Below are positions 1-9,760 of a DNA stretch of 64,000 bases, in pieces. Below the pieces are notes generated by a model. It had not been told where the DNA came from and did not search any database. It worked only from the letters and a program-made list of their open reading frames with translations. Within the stretch, counting starts at the first letter, position 1; each line of letters begins with the position of its first letter. This DNA is from Polyangiaceae bacterium (lineage in GTDB: Bacteria > Myxococcota_A > Polyangia > Polyangiales > Polyangiaceae). Where the stretch lies: positions 192,001 to 256,000 of the forward strand of contig JBILLK010000004.1 in the NCBI GenBank assembly GCA_044376115.1, given 5' to 3'. Both the position numbers and the translations under genes were made by a program.

Positions 1-1100
1 GCCGGCCCAAAGCGCAGCGCCTCACCACGCGCGTCGACGTACACGTTCTCGGCACGCAGCGCCTTCACCACGGCTTGCGCATCCTTCACACGAGCCGCAA
101 CGAAGCCCGCGCGTTCAGCGGCCGCACGTGGCGAAACCAACGGCACAGCCGCAGACTCCAACGTCGCAGCGATACGCTCGGTCTGGGCGACGCTGAGTTC
201 GCGCAACACGGCCGGCGTAAGCCCGTGCTCATCAAAGACGTCCAGCGCCGCGCGGGCGCGGTAGAACGAGACCGGATCGAAGGTCGCACCGCTGAAACGC
301 TGGCTTCCAGCCCCGTAGCCCACCGCACCGCCATGGGCGCGCTCATCTCCAAGTGCGCCGAAGTCGGCGAACCACCCGGTGTACACAGGGCGCAAGGTGG
401 TGCTCGAGGGCACCCGCATGAAACACACGCCCTCTCCGAATTGCGCGTACTTGTAGCCGCCGCTCACGACGAACAGGTGCTCGCGCACTGAGGGCCAGCT
501 GAGTTCGAGCGCACCAAAGCCGTGGTAGGCGTCCGCCAACACCGTGGTACCGGTGCGCGCAGCGTGGTCACTGACTTCAGCAAAGCCCGGCCAAATGGCC
601 GCATCCTCGTAGAAGGTCGTCGACACAGCGAGCAAGTCCACCCCTGCCCCGACCGCTTCAATCAGACGCTCAGCCAAGGAAGAGACCGGGTTGCGCGGAA
701 CCCAGGTGACCGAAGCGCCGGCTTCAGCAAGTCGGCGCAACTGCCGCTCGAGCGAATGGAACTCTCCGGTGGTAGTGACGATCCGCGGATTTGGACCGAA
801 GCATGAGAGCAGGCGGTAACCGAGCTCGTGGGAGCTCTTCCCGAACGAGATCGTGTCGTCCTCGTTGAAGCCCAAACGCGCCAACGTGCGACGCCCGACG
901 TCGGCCACGAGCGGGAAGACAGCGTGCTCCCATTTATCGTCGACGAAGCGCGCCGCGTCGTCGAACGCCTGATCCATCGCAGAGCGAGCGCGGTCCGGCC
1001 AGGCCTGATGCGAGTGACCGGTCAGCAGAATTCGCCCAGGCTGCAAGAACGCGCTGTACTCGCGCCGGAAGCGTTCCCGATCGAAGCCGGCCGTGTTCAT
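1..1100 (-). CDS. Kynureninase-like PLP-dependent enzyme (aminotransferase class V fold), 3' end runs off the window
   Basis: Not in ORF track (no stop inside window). Hand translation from ATG 1100, which overlaps the upstream stop as ATGA: MNTAGFDRERFRREYSAFLQPGRILLTGHSHQAWPD...SGGYKYAQFGEGVCF...VDARGEALRFGP. GYKY PLP-lysine and D-x-R...LRFGP motifs match kynureninases. Confidence 0.8.
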   Translation of the reverse strand, partial: MNTAGFDRERFRREYSAFLQPGRILLTGHSHQAWPDRARSAMDQAFDDAARFVDDKWEHAVFPLVADVGRRTLARLGFNEDDTISFGKSSHELGYRLLSCFGPNPRIVTTTGEFHSLERQLRRLAEAGASVTWVPRNPVSSLAERLIEAVGAGVDLLAVSTTFYEDAAIWPGFAEVSDHAARTGTTVLADAYHGFGALELSWPSVREHLFVVSGGYKYAQFGEGVCFMRVPSSTTLRPVYTGWFADFGALGDERAHGGAVGYGAGSQRFSGATFDPVSFYRARAALDVFDEHGLTPAVLRELSVAQTERIAATLESAAVPLVSPRAAAERAGFVAARVKDAQAVVKALRAENVYVDARGEALRFGP

Positions 1101-2221
1101 TTGCGCAAGAACTCGAGCTTCACCGCGGTCTCGGTGGTGATCGGCTTGTCCTTCTCTTGGAACCGCACGAGGTTCTTCACCGACCCAACGCCAGCGTCAG
1201 GCACGAGTGACGTCAACGACGTGCTCGTCTCTGCGACGCCGCCCGCCTCGTAGCCCAAGAGCGTTACCGGCGTAGCCGGCCCACCAGGACCGACCTGCAG
1301 CTTGCTCGAAGCGGCCAGCTGCATCACCGTGGCGCTGAGCTTGATCTTGTCCCCCTTGCGCTTGAGCAGCTTGTAGTTGGTCCACATCAACGTATCCACG
1401 CCGGCATTGACCCGCTGAATCACCTGCCACTCTGCGCCCTCCCCGACTGCGGCCTCGGGCACCGGTGGTACCAACGACTCAAAGGAACGCCGCATCTCTT
1501 CGATCAGCTTCTGCGCAGCACCGTTGGCACCCGGCGGAGATTGGAGTTGTACGTTGCGCGCCTTGCCCATCGGGTCCACCGAGTAGCTCACCTTGAGGCC
1601 TTTGACGCTAGCGAGACCCGGCGCCATCGCCTTCTCGATCTGCTGCTGCTGCGGATCTTGATTGGCCTTCACCTGCACGTTGGTCAACGTGCCGGTGACG
1701 GCTACGCCGCCGTCCGCTGCCTTGTCACCGCTCTTCAGCTCGAGCGTCATCTCGACCAGGGGCAGCTCGACCGATTGACCACCGCCCGAGAGCTTCGTGC
1801 TGGTGCGCATCAACGTCGTTTGCGTGGCGTTGGTCGCGAAGTTGTAGCGCAGCGGCTCGCGCGGCTCGCTGCCCTCCGAAATCATCAGCACCGGCGAAGA
1901 AAGGCCGACCCCGATCACCGAGTCCGCCACTCCGTCCGCCAAGATCCCATCCTTCGCTTTCGCAAAGAACGCCGCGTCGATCGCTTTGTCGGGCATCTTG
2001 CTGCTCGCCGGCGGAACCACCGGCGCGGCCGACGGAGCGAGCGGCAGCGGCGCCGAGATTACGACCGCAGACGATGGGATAGACGCCGAAACGGCTGCCG
2101 AAGCGGAGCTGGCTGCAGAGGCGAGCTGGGAAGGCGCAGGCTCAATCGAGGCGCGCGGAGGCGATTCACAGGCGACAAGCAGCGCCAAGAGCAAGGCAGG
2201 ACGAACCCGGCGAAACATCAT
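1097..2221 (-). CDS. Hypothetical lipoprotein with Ala/Ser/Pro-rich linker and beta-rich domain
   Basis: Signal peptide with lipobox LVAC, low-complexity linker; stop overlaps the kynureninase start. Confidence 0.75.
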   Translation of the reverse strand: MMFRRVRPALLLALLVACESPPRASIEPAPSQLASAASSASAAVSASIPSSAVVISAPLPLAPSAAPVVPPASSKMPDKAIDAAFFAKAKDGILADGVADSVIGVGLSSPVLMISEGSEPREPLRYNFATNATQTTLMRTSTKLSGGGQSVELPLVEMTLELKSGDKAADGGVAVTGTLTNVQVKANQDPQQQQIEKAMAPGLASVKGLKVSYSVDPMGKARNVQLQSPPGANGAAQKLIEEMRRSFESLVPPVPEAAVGEGAEWQVIQRVNAGVDTLMWTNYKLLKRKGDKIKLSATVMQLAASSKLQVGPGGPATPVTLLGYEAGGVAETSTSLTSLVPDAGVGSVKNLVRFQEKDKPITTETAVKLEFLRK

Positions 2222-2320
2222 GCGCGCTTCCTTAGCGTTCTTTCGCTAACGCCGAAAGGGAATGACCAACGTCCTGGCACGAGCCACGTGAGCTTCGGCC
2301 GTTCCTTGGAACGGCGTGCT

Positions 2321-4660
2321 CTACTTCACTCGCGTGGTTTCGCGGAGCGTTACCGAGGCCCGCCGAACCGAGCGGGTTCCCGAACGCGAACTGCCTTCTT
2401 CCGGCGTTGCTGCCTCGGGTGCATCAGCCTGCTTCACCGCTGCGTCGGAAGCTCGCTGCGGAAGCGGGGTGAAGGCTCGCGACGAGCCGCGTGAAGCTCG
2501 CAACGCCAAGTCGGGGGCAACCTCGATCTCGACGCCGAGTCCGCGGCAGCGTCGACACAGGCGCTCGTAGTCAACACCGGGAGCAACCAACAGACCGCCC
2601 GGCGGCGAAGGATCGAGGAAGAACTCAGCGGTGGTGCGCGCCGCGCGCAACAACTCTCGAACGTCCGGGTTGTCCACCCAAAGGAAGGCCGAAACAGCCA
2701 CCAGGGCGCCCTTACCGACCACCACGCTGGCCTGAGTCAACAGCTCCGACAGCTCAGCTGGGAGTGGAGCCAGGGCCGAAATTCGCTCGCGCATCTCCTC
2801 GGGAGTTACGCCCCGAGCAATCGCCCGTCCAATCGCGGCCGGCGAAACCAGGAGTTCGAGCTCGGTGTCGGCCCGAGAGACCTCCAAAATGCTGGCGAGG
2901 CTCAGCACTTGACCAACCAAGGCGGCTGGACCAACCGTGAGCTGCAATCGCTCGCCAAAGCTTCCCGTGCTCGGCTCGCTCGGCTTGCGCTCAGGTCTAG
3001 CCACGACAGCCGCTGGCAGGAGGTGTCGAGTTCGCTCATTTTGCCGCACCAAGACCGAGCTAAGCTGCTCTCGCAACATCGGCTCTGGCGCCTCGACCAA
3101 ACTGCGCGGGTCGCGATCGAAGTCGAGCGAGAAGGCCTCCACCGCGTCCCCGTCGATGCCGGTGTCGAGTACGCCCAACTGGGTGAGGGAGCCCAGCACG
3201 ACGCTCACGATGATCTTCGTGAGCGGCATGACTTCAACAGGGCTTGCCTCCGTGCTTTGACGCTCGGCCCAACGACGCAAGAGATGCATGGCCGCGTCGA
3301 TGCGCGGGTCATTCTTTACGTACTCCTCGAGCTCTGGATAAGGCAGCCAACGATCACTCGGGAGCTCCGCCAAAGCCTCCAAAATGGCATCGCGCACTGC
3401 GCGTGTCGGGCTGGGCTCACGCCGTCCTTCGGCCGCGCGCAGCACCTCGGGCTCGGCCCGTGCCTCGTCCCAAACAGCGCCATTCAACCACGCTCGAAAT
3501 ATGCGCTCATGCACCTCGCTCAGGCTGAGCGCACCGCACGGCGAGGAGGTTTGGATCGACGAACTCTCGAATAGACCGATGGCGCGTGCGAGCACCGCGA
3601 TAAAGCTGACGTGATGTGTCGGACGACCCACGCTCTGCGCGATTCTTGAAATCAACGAACGAGGGATGCCAATGGTCGGCTTGAAGTCAGCGCTCGAGTC
3701 GCGTTGCGTTGCGGCCTCACGAATCCACAAGGCCGCGGCTAGGGCCAGGGGCGTGGGGTCCTTCGCAAACTGAGCGCGCCTCGGCAAATGATCGGCGGAC
3801 TCGAGACGGGCGCGCACGCCACTGCGACGCTCAGCTAACTGATTCCTACGACTTGCGCCGACGATGCGGGCGACCTCGCTCGGCACGATGTGCCGATTGG
3901 GGTGGACCGGAATGAGGAACGCGCGCCGTTCGAGGGCGAACCCGGCGCCTCTTCGTGTGGTGCTCACACCCTTGGCGCTGCGAAGCCGAATCGGCTCGCG
4001 CTCCAGATCGAGCAGCTCCGCCGTCTCGACTTCACCACCCAGCGCCTCGATGGCCTCGAGCAGCTTGCGCTCAGCATGCGCGAGCAGGTCGATCTCGGTC
4101 TGCAGCGCGGATTCGTTGGAAAGCACGTCCCACGCAGGCTCGAGCGCCAAGGCGATCGGCGGAGTGCACGGACGCCCGAGGTAGTGCGCGGCGATCGCGG
4201 AAGTCGTTTCAAACGAAGCTTGTGAAATCAAAGCGCGCAGCGAGCGCGGATCCTCGGTCGACCAGGAAGGGATCTGCAACAAGAAGGCGTGCGGCAACAC
4301 CAGTTCGATGCGTTTGCGATCTCGCCGCGCAAACAGCACCCCTCGCCCCATCAGCGGCTCGAGCCCGGGTGGCTTTGCATCCACGTGCAAAATCCCCCCG
4401 GCGTCGGCGATTCGAATCAACAGTTCATGCGAAGGCGCGGCCAAGCGGGAGGGGTCGCGAACTTCAGGCATGCCCACGAGAGCGCGCGCGGCCTGACTCG
4501 GAACGTCAAGCCGTTTGGCTGGGTCGATGCGAATGCCCAGTCGAGCCAACAGGCTCAAGAGCTCGCTTTCCGGCAGGGCCCGCACGATGGTCGAGAGCCG
4601 CCTCAAGCTGCCCTCATTCGTATCGACTCTGCTTGGCTCGCTTTGATCTTTCTCGGTCAT
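2321..4660 (-). CDS. Helicase-associated domain protein (XPB/Helicase_C_3-like C-terminal domain, no motor)
   Basis: Start trimmed to ATG 4660 (MTEKDQ) to avoid overlapping the divergent HD gene. C-terminal segment SPAAIGRAIARGVTPEEMRERISALAPLP resembles Helicase_C_3; no Walker motifs. Confidence 0.65.
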   Translation of the reverse strand: MTEKDQSEPSRVDTNEGSLRRLSTIVRALPESELLSLLARLGIRIDPAKRLDVPSQAARALVGMPEVRDPSRLAAPSHELLIRIADAGGILHVDAKPPGLEPLMGRGVLFARRDRKRIELVLPHAFLLQIPSWSTEDPRSLRALISQASFETTSAIAAHYLGRPCTPPIALALEPAWDVLSNESALQTEIDLLAHAERKLLEAIEALGGEVETAELLDLEREPIRLRSAKGVSTTRRGAGFALERRAFLIPVHPNRHIVPSEVARIVGASRRNQLAERRSGVRARLESADHLPRRAQFAKDPTPLALAAALWIREAATQRDSSADFKPTIGIPRSLISRIAQSVGRPTHHVSFIAVLARAIGLFESSSIQTSSPCGALSLSEVHERIFRAWLNGAVWDEARAEPEVLRAAEGRREPSPTRAVRDAILEALAELPSDRWLPYPELEEYVKNDPRIDAAMHLLRRWAERQSTEASPVEVMPLTKIIVSVVLGSLTQLGVLDTGIDGDAVEAFSLDFDRDPRSLVEAPEPMLREQLSSVLVRQNERTRHLLPAAVVARPERKPSEPSTGSFGERLQLTVGPAALVGQVLSLASILEVSRADTELELLVSPAAIGRAIARGVTPEEMRERISALAPLPAELSELLTQASVVVGKGALVAVSAFLWVDNPDVRELLRAARTTAEFFLDPSPPGGLLVAPGVDYERLCRRCRGLGVEIEVAPDLALRASRGSSRAFTPLPQRASDAAVKQADAPEAATPEEGSSRSGTRSVRRASVTLRETTRVK

Positions 4661-4718
4661 GGTCAACGCCGACGTTCGAGCATATACCAGGGCTTGCAGA
4701 CGTGTACGCCGAAGCATC

Positions 4719-6008
4719 ATGATTCTACGCGACCCAGTCCATGGCCTCGTCTCCTTCGAGACCGAGGAGTCGTCCATCGTTCCTCGGCTACTTGGGACGC
4801 GCGAGGTGCAGCGGCTGCGCCGGATCCGCCAGCTGGGGTTGACGTCATTTGCGTTTCCCGGCGCAGAACACACACGCTTTTCGCATGCCGTAGGCGCTGC
4901 ACACGTGATGCAGCTGCTGCTGGCGCGCCTGCGGCAGATCGATCAGCCGCTGCCCTTTTGGCAGCGGCCGACCTCCGAGCGTGGCCGAGACGCGATTGCC
5001 GCGGCTCTCCTACACGACGTTGGACATGGGCCGTTCTCGCACCTTTTTGAAGCGGTGCTCCCTGGGCACGTGCGGCATGAAGTTTGGACCACTCGCATCC
5101 TGTTGGATCCCTCGAGCGATGTTCATCGCGAGCTGGCCAAAGGAGACGCGGGTTTACCGCAGCGAGTGGCGGATCTCGTGTGCGGCAAACATGATCTGCC
5201 TTACCTAGCAAGCGCGGTCAGCGGCACCTTCGACGTCGATCGCTGCGACTACTTGCTGCGCGACGCGCACGCGACCGGCGTCATCTACGGGGACTACGAC
5301 CTTCCCTGGCTGCTGCGTTCGCTTCGTTTCGACTTGGATCGCAGCGCCGGCGCGGAAGCACCCAAGCTCGCCGTCGACGGCATCAAAGGCATAACCGCCA
5401 TCGAGAGCTTCCTCTTGGCCCGCCTCTTCATGTTTCAGCAGGTGTACTTTCACAAGTCCACGCGCGCCGCCGAAACGATGATTCGGCTGATTCTCAAGCG
5501 CGCGTTCGAGCTGCTAGGCAACGGCGCGCGCCTGCCCATGGTGCTGCCAGCGATGGACGCCGTCGCTCATGGCCGCGAAGTGTCCCTCGACGAGTACTTG
5601 AAGCTCGACGATCAGGAGCTCCTCGTCGCCATGCGCAGCTGGGAGGACGCGGACGACCAGGTGCTCGGCGACCTATGCCGCCGGCTGTCGAAGCGAGCGC
5701 TGTTCAAGACGGTCGAGCTAGGCAACGTCGAGTCCGATCGTCCGGACCAGGAGGCGCTCGATATCGCGCGCGACGTCGCGAGCCGCCGCGGGCTCGATCC
5801 AAACTACTACGTCGCGCTCGATCGCGCCTCCGATACGCCGTTTCCACGCGACAAGAACCTAGTGGTGGTCTTCCCAGACGGCCGCCGAAAAAGCTTGGCG
5901 GAGGTATCTTTCTTGTTGGGCCGGCTCGAGGGGCAAACGCTCTCGCGTACCCGCATCGTCTACGCCGCCGAGCTCCGGGAGGAACTCGTGCCTGCGTTGA
6001 GTTCGTGA
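4719..6008 (+). CDS. HD-domain phosphohydrolase (SAMHD1/YwfO-like dNTP triphosphohydrolase family)
   Basis: RDPVHG, QRLRRIRQLG, HTRFSH, LLHDVGHGPFSH, DVDRCDYLLRD, QVYFHK motifs. Confidence 0.92.
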   Translation: MILRDPVHGLVSFETEESSIVPRLLGTREVQRLRRIRQLGLTSFAFPGAEHTRFSHAVGAAHVMQLLLARLRQIDQPLPFWQRPTSERGRDAIAAALLHDVGHGPFSHLFEAVLPGHVRHEVWTTRILLDPSSDVHRELAKGDAGLPQRVADLVCGKHDLPYLASAVSGTFDVDRCDYLLRDAHATGVIYGDYDLPWLLRSLRFDLDRSAGAEAPKLAVDGIKGITAIESFLLARLFMFQQVYFHKSTRAAETMIRLILKRAFELLGNGARLPMVLPAMDAVAHGREVSLDEYLKLDDQELLVAMRSWEDADDQVLGDLCRRLSKRALFKTVELGNVESDRPDQEALDIARDVASRRGLDPNYYVALDRASDTPFPRDKNLVVVFPDGRRKSLAEVSFLLGRLEGQTLSRTRIVYAAELREELVPALSS

Positions 6009-6643
6009 TGGCTCGCGCGTCGTTCGCAATCGGAGCTGTCGTGATGGCTCTTTGGCCAGCCCGGCTGCATGCGCAAGGCGTCGACGGCTCGTACGGCCGC
6101 GTTGAAGGGGACCTTTTGTTCAACGGCTCGTTGGGCGTGACGTTGGGGGCGGGCGGAGCCGGCTTCGACACTCACGTCGGTTTGCTCTACCTGTCGACCG
6201 CGGGGATCTACGGTCGCTACGCCGAGTCATTCGGAAATGAGGCGGCCGCGTTCGATCGCCTGTTTGCAACGGGCATCGAACTACGACCTGTTTTTTTGGG
6301 GCGGTACGCCCTCGATCTAGAACGTGGACCAGCGCACCTAGACCTTTTCCTCGATTCGTTCGCGCTGCTCTTGGGCGCAACGTTCAACGATCCCATCGGA
6401 CCCGAGTCCACAGTCGTACCTGGTCTCGAGTTCGGCGTATCGCTCGAGTTCCCGATCTTGCCAAGCGCCTCGGGACCGTACGTCGGAGTGCTGGGGCTGT
6501 TGCGCACCACCGACGACGATCTTCTTGGCTACCGTGACGCCGACCTGATCGAGCGTGGCAGCGCGGTCGTCTTCACGCTCTCTTGGCACCAGATCTTCGA
6601 CTCTGGCCTCGTCGATTTGCGAGACGGCGCTCGCCCTGACTAA
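6008..6643 (+). CDS. Secreted or outer-membrane hypothetical protein
   Basis: ATG overlaps HD stop (TGATG); signal peptide ending LHA-Q; amphipathic beta-strand pattern. Confidence 0.7.
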   Translation: MARASFAIGAVVMALWPARLHAQGVDGSYGRVEGDLLFNGSLGVTLGAGGAGFDTHVGLLYLSTAGIYGRYAESFGNEAAAFDRLFATGIELRPVFLGRYALDLERGPAHLDLFLDSFALLLGATFNDPIGPESTVVPGLEFGVSLEFPILPSASGPYVGVLGLLRTTDDDLLGYRDADLIERGSAVVFTLSWHQIFDSGLVDLRDGARPD

Positions 6644-7176
6644 CGCACGGAGAACGTTGGATTGAAAGCCGAGACCATTGTCTCTTGGCCGCCCAGCACC
6701 ATCCGCCGCTTGGTGCTGCCCAACGCATCGAGCACCGCGGTGATGTCGTGGAACGGCAGTTGGTTGTCGGTATGCAGCACCGCCTGGTCCACGCGCTGGT
6801 CGGCAGCATCGCGGTGACTGCCGTGACTCGCCCACTCCCGCTCGATCTGCGCGGCCAGCTCTCGATGATCGTTCGCTCCGGTGCGAGCCACGCTCAACTC
6901 CGAGACCACCGTACTCCCTTGTCGCCAACTCAACTTGAAGCTCCCGGGCTGAACATCGACGTGCAGGACTTTCTCCACGTTCGTTATGTCGACCGGAGTA
7001 TCGCTCGGAGGTCCGGGTACCTCGGCGTTGGTCGGAATACGTGACTGCGTCGTCCAGACCGCTGTGATCAGCAGGAATGCCACCGTCACCATCAACAGAT
7101 CGATGAACGGAATCATGTTGATGTCAGCGTTCGTCGAGCGCTGACCCTTGTTCCCCTGAACCTCCACTCCAGCCAT
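6640..7176 (-). CDS. ExbD/TolR family protein, AglQ-like paralog
   Basis: INMIPFIDLLMVTVAFLLITAVW TM segment with conserved Asp, identical to that of 9014-9568; start at ATG 7176 after GAGG. Confidence 0.88.
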   Translation of the reverse strand: MAGVEVQGNKGQRSTNADINMIPFIDLLMVTVAFLLITAVWTTQSRIPTNAEVPGPPSDTPVDITNVEKVLHVDVQPGSFKLSWRQGSTVVSELSVARTGANDHRELAAQIEREWASHGSHRDAADQRVDQAVLHTDNQLPFHDITAVLDALGSTKRRMVLGGQETMVSAFNPTFSVR

Positions 7177-7295
7177 TGAAACCTCGCATCGTTTTGGCTT
7201 GAGAAAGGGACGCACCACAAAAGGCGAAGCGCCGTCCTTCACACCGTGGCAAACGCCAGGGGACAGCAGACACGCGACCGCGACCGAAGTTCCAA

Positions 7296-8348
7296 CTAAC
7301 GTGCTTCGACGTCGCCGATGGCCTTACGAACCTCGAGCGCGAGCGCACAGCTCTGCGCCTGTCGGTTGCGCGACGCAAGCACGCCAACGTCGCTGACCGG
7401 CGCGCCACCCTTCAATTCGAAGGAAGGCACGCGCGTCATCTTCACGAGCGGCTTCTTGTCCTCGAGGCGGAACAAGCCGATGCGCGACGGGAAAGCACGG
7501 CCAGCCGCGAAGTCGACATCCGCGGCGGACGGTGCATCGCCCACCGCTTTGGCAGCGTGCTCGATCGGTCGGTCATCGACCACGACAAGGAAGAACTTCG
7601 CCAACGTGAGGATCTCAGTCGCGATCGGAAACTCGGTGTAGTTCGCGTCGTCGAAGGCCAAGCTATAGCCACGCAACACCAGGTTCGAGTCCGCCTTCTC
7701 GACGTTCTTGACCCACTCCGGCTCGAGTACGAAAAGCGAACGGTAAGCGAGCCGCAAATTGAAGGGCTGCGACGGCTTCGCGCAGTGTTGATACTCGTTG
7801 CAGACCTCACCGGACGCGCATTCTCGGGAGATCGCGCAGTCTTTACCGTCTGTCCCTGACTCGGCGGGAGTGCGCATGAGACAAGCGGTGAAGGCGTCTT
7901 TGAATGATCCGGAGACGGCCTCCCGCAAGGTCGGTACGTCCTTGGCCTGGTCCACGCCGACGCGCAGGTAGATACCGGCCATATCCTGAAACTTGAAGTT
8001 CGCCAGCGCCGCACGATCGATCTCGTCGTTTACGGGGGACTTGGCTAATTCGATGGTCCAACTCTCGACTTGGTCGCGAACCGGGTACCACTTTGGTCCG
8101 AGCGTCGCTTCAACCGCGCGATGCTTCGAGAGGATCTCGGCGCGGAGCGACTCGTTACGGTTCGAGTCGTATTTGAACCAAGCGATTAAAGCGACAGTTA
8201 GCGTCAAACCGAACCAAACCACCGCGCGCCACGCCGGTCGCTTGATCTTATTGCGGTCCTCTTTCGAGGCCCGAACAGCCGAAAGGCCCCGCTTGATGTC
8301 CTCGGGGGCCTCTCTGCGAATCGGAGGTAACGGACCTTTGGTCGTCAC
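7296..8348 (-). CDS. Bitopic membrane protein of unknown function with a Cys-rich periplasmic motif
   Basis: Basic N-terminus, one TM (AVVWFGLTLTVALIAWF), motif DCAISRECASGEVCNEYQHC; GTG start 8 nt after upstream stop. Confidence 0.75.
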   Translation of the reverse strand: MTTKGPLPPIRREAPEDIKRGLSAVRASKEDRNKIKRPAWRAVVWFGLTLTVALIAWFKYDSNRNESLRAEILSKHRAVEATLGPKWYPVRDQVESWTIELAKSPVNDEIDRAALANFKFQDMAGIYLRVGVDQAKDVPTLREAVSGSFKDAFTACLMRTPAESGTDGKDCAISRECASGEVCNEYQHCAKPSQPFNLRLAYRSLFVLEPEWVKNVEKADSNLVLRGYSLAFDDANYTEFPIATEILTLAKFFLVVVDDRPIEHAAKAVGDAPSAADVDFAAGRAFPSRIGLFRLEDKKPLVKMTRVPSFELKGGAPVSDVGVLASRNRQAQSCALALEVRKAIGDVEAR

Positions 8349-8356
8349 GCGTTACT

Positions 8357-8941
8357 TCAGCCGCCGCCGGTCTTCTGAACCATGAAGCTAACGTTCGGAT
8401 AGCCCGCGTACGCTGCAGTCTGGAAGACGCTCTTCACGACGATCGCCGGAACCTCTTCATCAATCTGGAGGATAACGACGCCGGGGAACGGCTTGTTCGG
8501 CTGCAGCGTCTTCCAGTTCTCGCGACGGTTCTTGAGACGTAGGAAGAGCTCGTCGATCTTCTGCATCTTTCCGAGTTCTTCAATCGCACGAGTAGAACCC
8601 GCTAGCTCCCCGTCAACGAACACCTGGCTGCTATTCACCGCAACCATCGGAGCGTCGATGACGGCCTCGGCGTTCTCCGCCTTGGGAAGCTTGATGCTCT
8701 CATCGACGTTGATCTGGCCCGACGCGTTGAACGACGTGAGCAAGAAGATGACGGTCACCAACAGGAAGTCGATGTAGGCCGTCAAGTTCAAGCTTGCGTT
8801 GGGCGAGCGGGCCCCCATTCCCGAGACCTTGCGCCATACGAATCGCAGCGGCACTTTGATCAGAAGGCGGCGCCCCGGCTTGTGAATGACGTGCGCGTGC
8901 GGGTCGTGGTGCTTGTTGTTCGTATAGCGCTGGCCGGACAT
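8357..8941 (-). CDS. aglS: ExbD/TolR family protein, AglS-like gliding motor subunit
   Basis: LNLTAYIDFLLVTVIFLL TM with Asp; N-terminal HKPGRR extension as recalled for Myxococcus AglS; third gene of a TolQ-TolR-TolR operon. Confidence 0.75.
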   Translation of the reverse strand: MSGQRYTNNKHHDPHAHVIHKPGRRLLIKVPLRFVWRKVSGMGARSPNASLNLTAYIDFLLVTVIFLLTSFNASGQINVDESIKLPKAENAEAVIDAPMVAVNSSQVFVDGELAGSTRAIEELGKMQKIDELFLRLKNRRENWKTLQPNKPFPGVVILQIDEEVPAIVVKSVFQTAAYAGYPNVSFMVQKTGGG

Positions 8942-9013
8942 GGGAACTCCGCTTGGTCAAACCACGTTGCGTGGTCGAGAGAGAACGTAAACCGAACGTG
9001 AGAGCGAGAATGC

Positions 9014-9568
9014 TCAGCGGATTGAGAAAGTCATGTTGAAGACGGGAACCGTCTCCACATTGTTACCCAGCTTCATTTCGCGCTTGGGGGAGTAAAGCGC
9101 ATCGAGTACCGCCACGATCTCCTTGAACGGGAGGCGATTGTCGGCGTGCAGGATCGCCTGATCGAGCTTGGTGTCAGCCGAATCCTTGTGGCTGCCGTTC
9201 GTCTTCCACTCTTCCTCGAACTTTTTGCCGAGTTCGGTGTAGCGCGGCGGGTCGCCGGCATTGGTGGGCTTCGGAACCTTGACCTCAGAGGCCACAACCG
9301 CGCCCTGCTTCCAGGTGAGCACGAACTCATCAGCGCCAATCGTCACGTTGAGGACCTTCTCAGGTGTTTGGGGCGTGACCTCTGTGCTCGGATCCGGCGG
9401 ACCTGGGATCTGTGCGTTGGCATTGATACGTGAGTTGGTGACCCACACAGCCGTAATGAGCAAAAAGGCGACCGTGACCATCAGCAGATCGATGAAGGGG
9501 ATCATGTTGATCTCCGCGTTCGTCGACCGCTTTCCGCCTTTGCTATCGCCTACGTCTACGCCACCCAT
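9014..9568 (-). CDS. aglQ: ExbD/TolR family protein, AglQ-like gliding motor subunit
   Basis: MGGVDVG...INMIPFIDLLMVTVAFLLITAVW, matching the recalled AglQ N-terminus; Asp at residue 27. Confidence 0.75.
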   Translation of the reverse strand: MGGVDVGDSKGGKRSTNAEINMIPFIDLLMVTVAFLLITAVWVTNSRINANAQIPGPPDPSTEVTPQTPEKVLNVTIGADEFVLTWKQGAVVASEVKVPKPTNAGDPPRYTELGKKFEEEWKTNGSHKDSADTKLDQAILHADNRLPFKEIVAVLDALYSPKREMKLGNNVETVPVFNMTFSIR

Positions 9569-9674
9569 GATCGGCTCCCTTCAGCTACCAGGCCCGAGGC
9601 CCGGACTCGACTCGACTGACCAACGAACTTCAGACACGCACGAGGCAACTTGGTTCCAGTCGACTCTCGATTTC

Positions 9675-9760
9675 CGCGAGGGGCGCACAACCTTGGTGGT
9701 GCGCCCTTCGCGAAAGCTCAGCTGTCGCTGTTCTGGGGAGAGCGACCTCTCCCCAGAACA
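9675..9760 (-). other. Two adjacent intercistronic stem-loops between aglR and aglQ
   Basis: 9675-9688 pairs with 9699-9712 (13/14); TGTTCTGGGGAGAG 9729-9742 pairs perfectly with 9747-9760. Confidence 0.8.

Noticed and set aside
4661..4873. Apparent overlap of the 850-aa and 449-aa ORFs on opposite strands
   Set aside because: Artefact of longest-ORF start choice; ATG 4660 and ATG 4719 remove the overlap.
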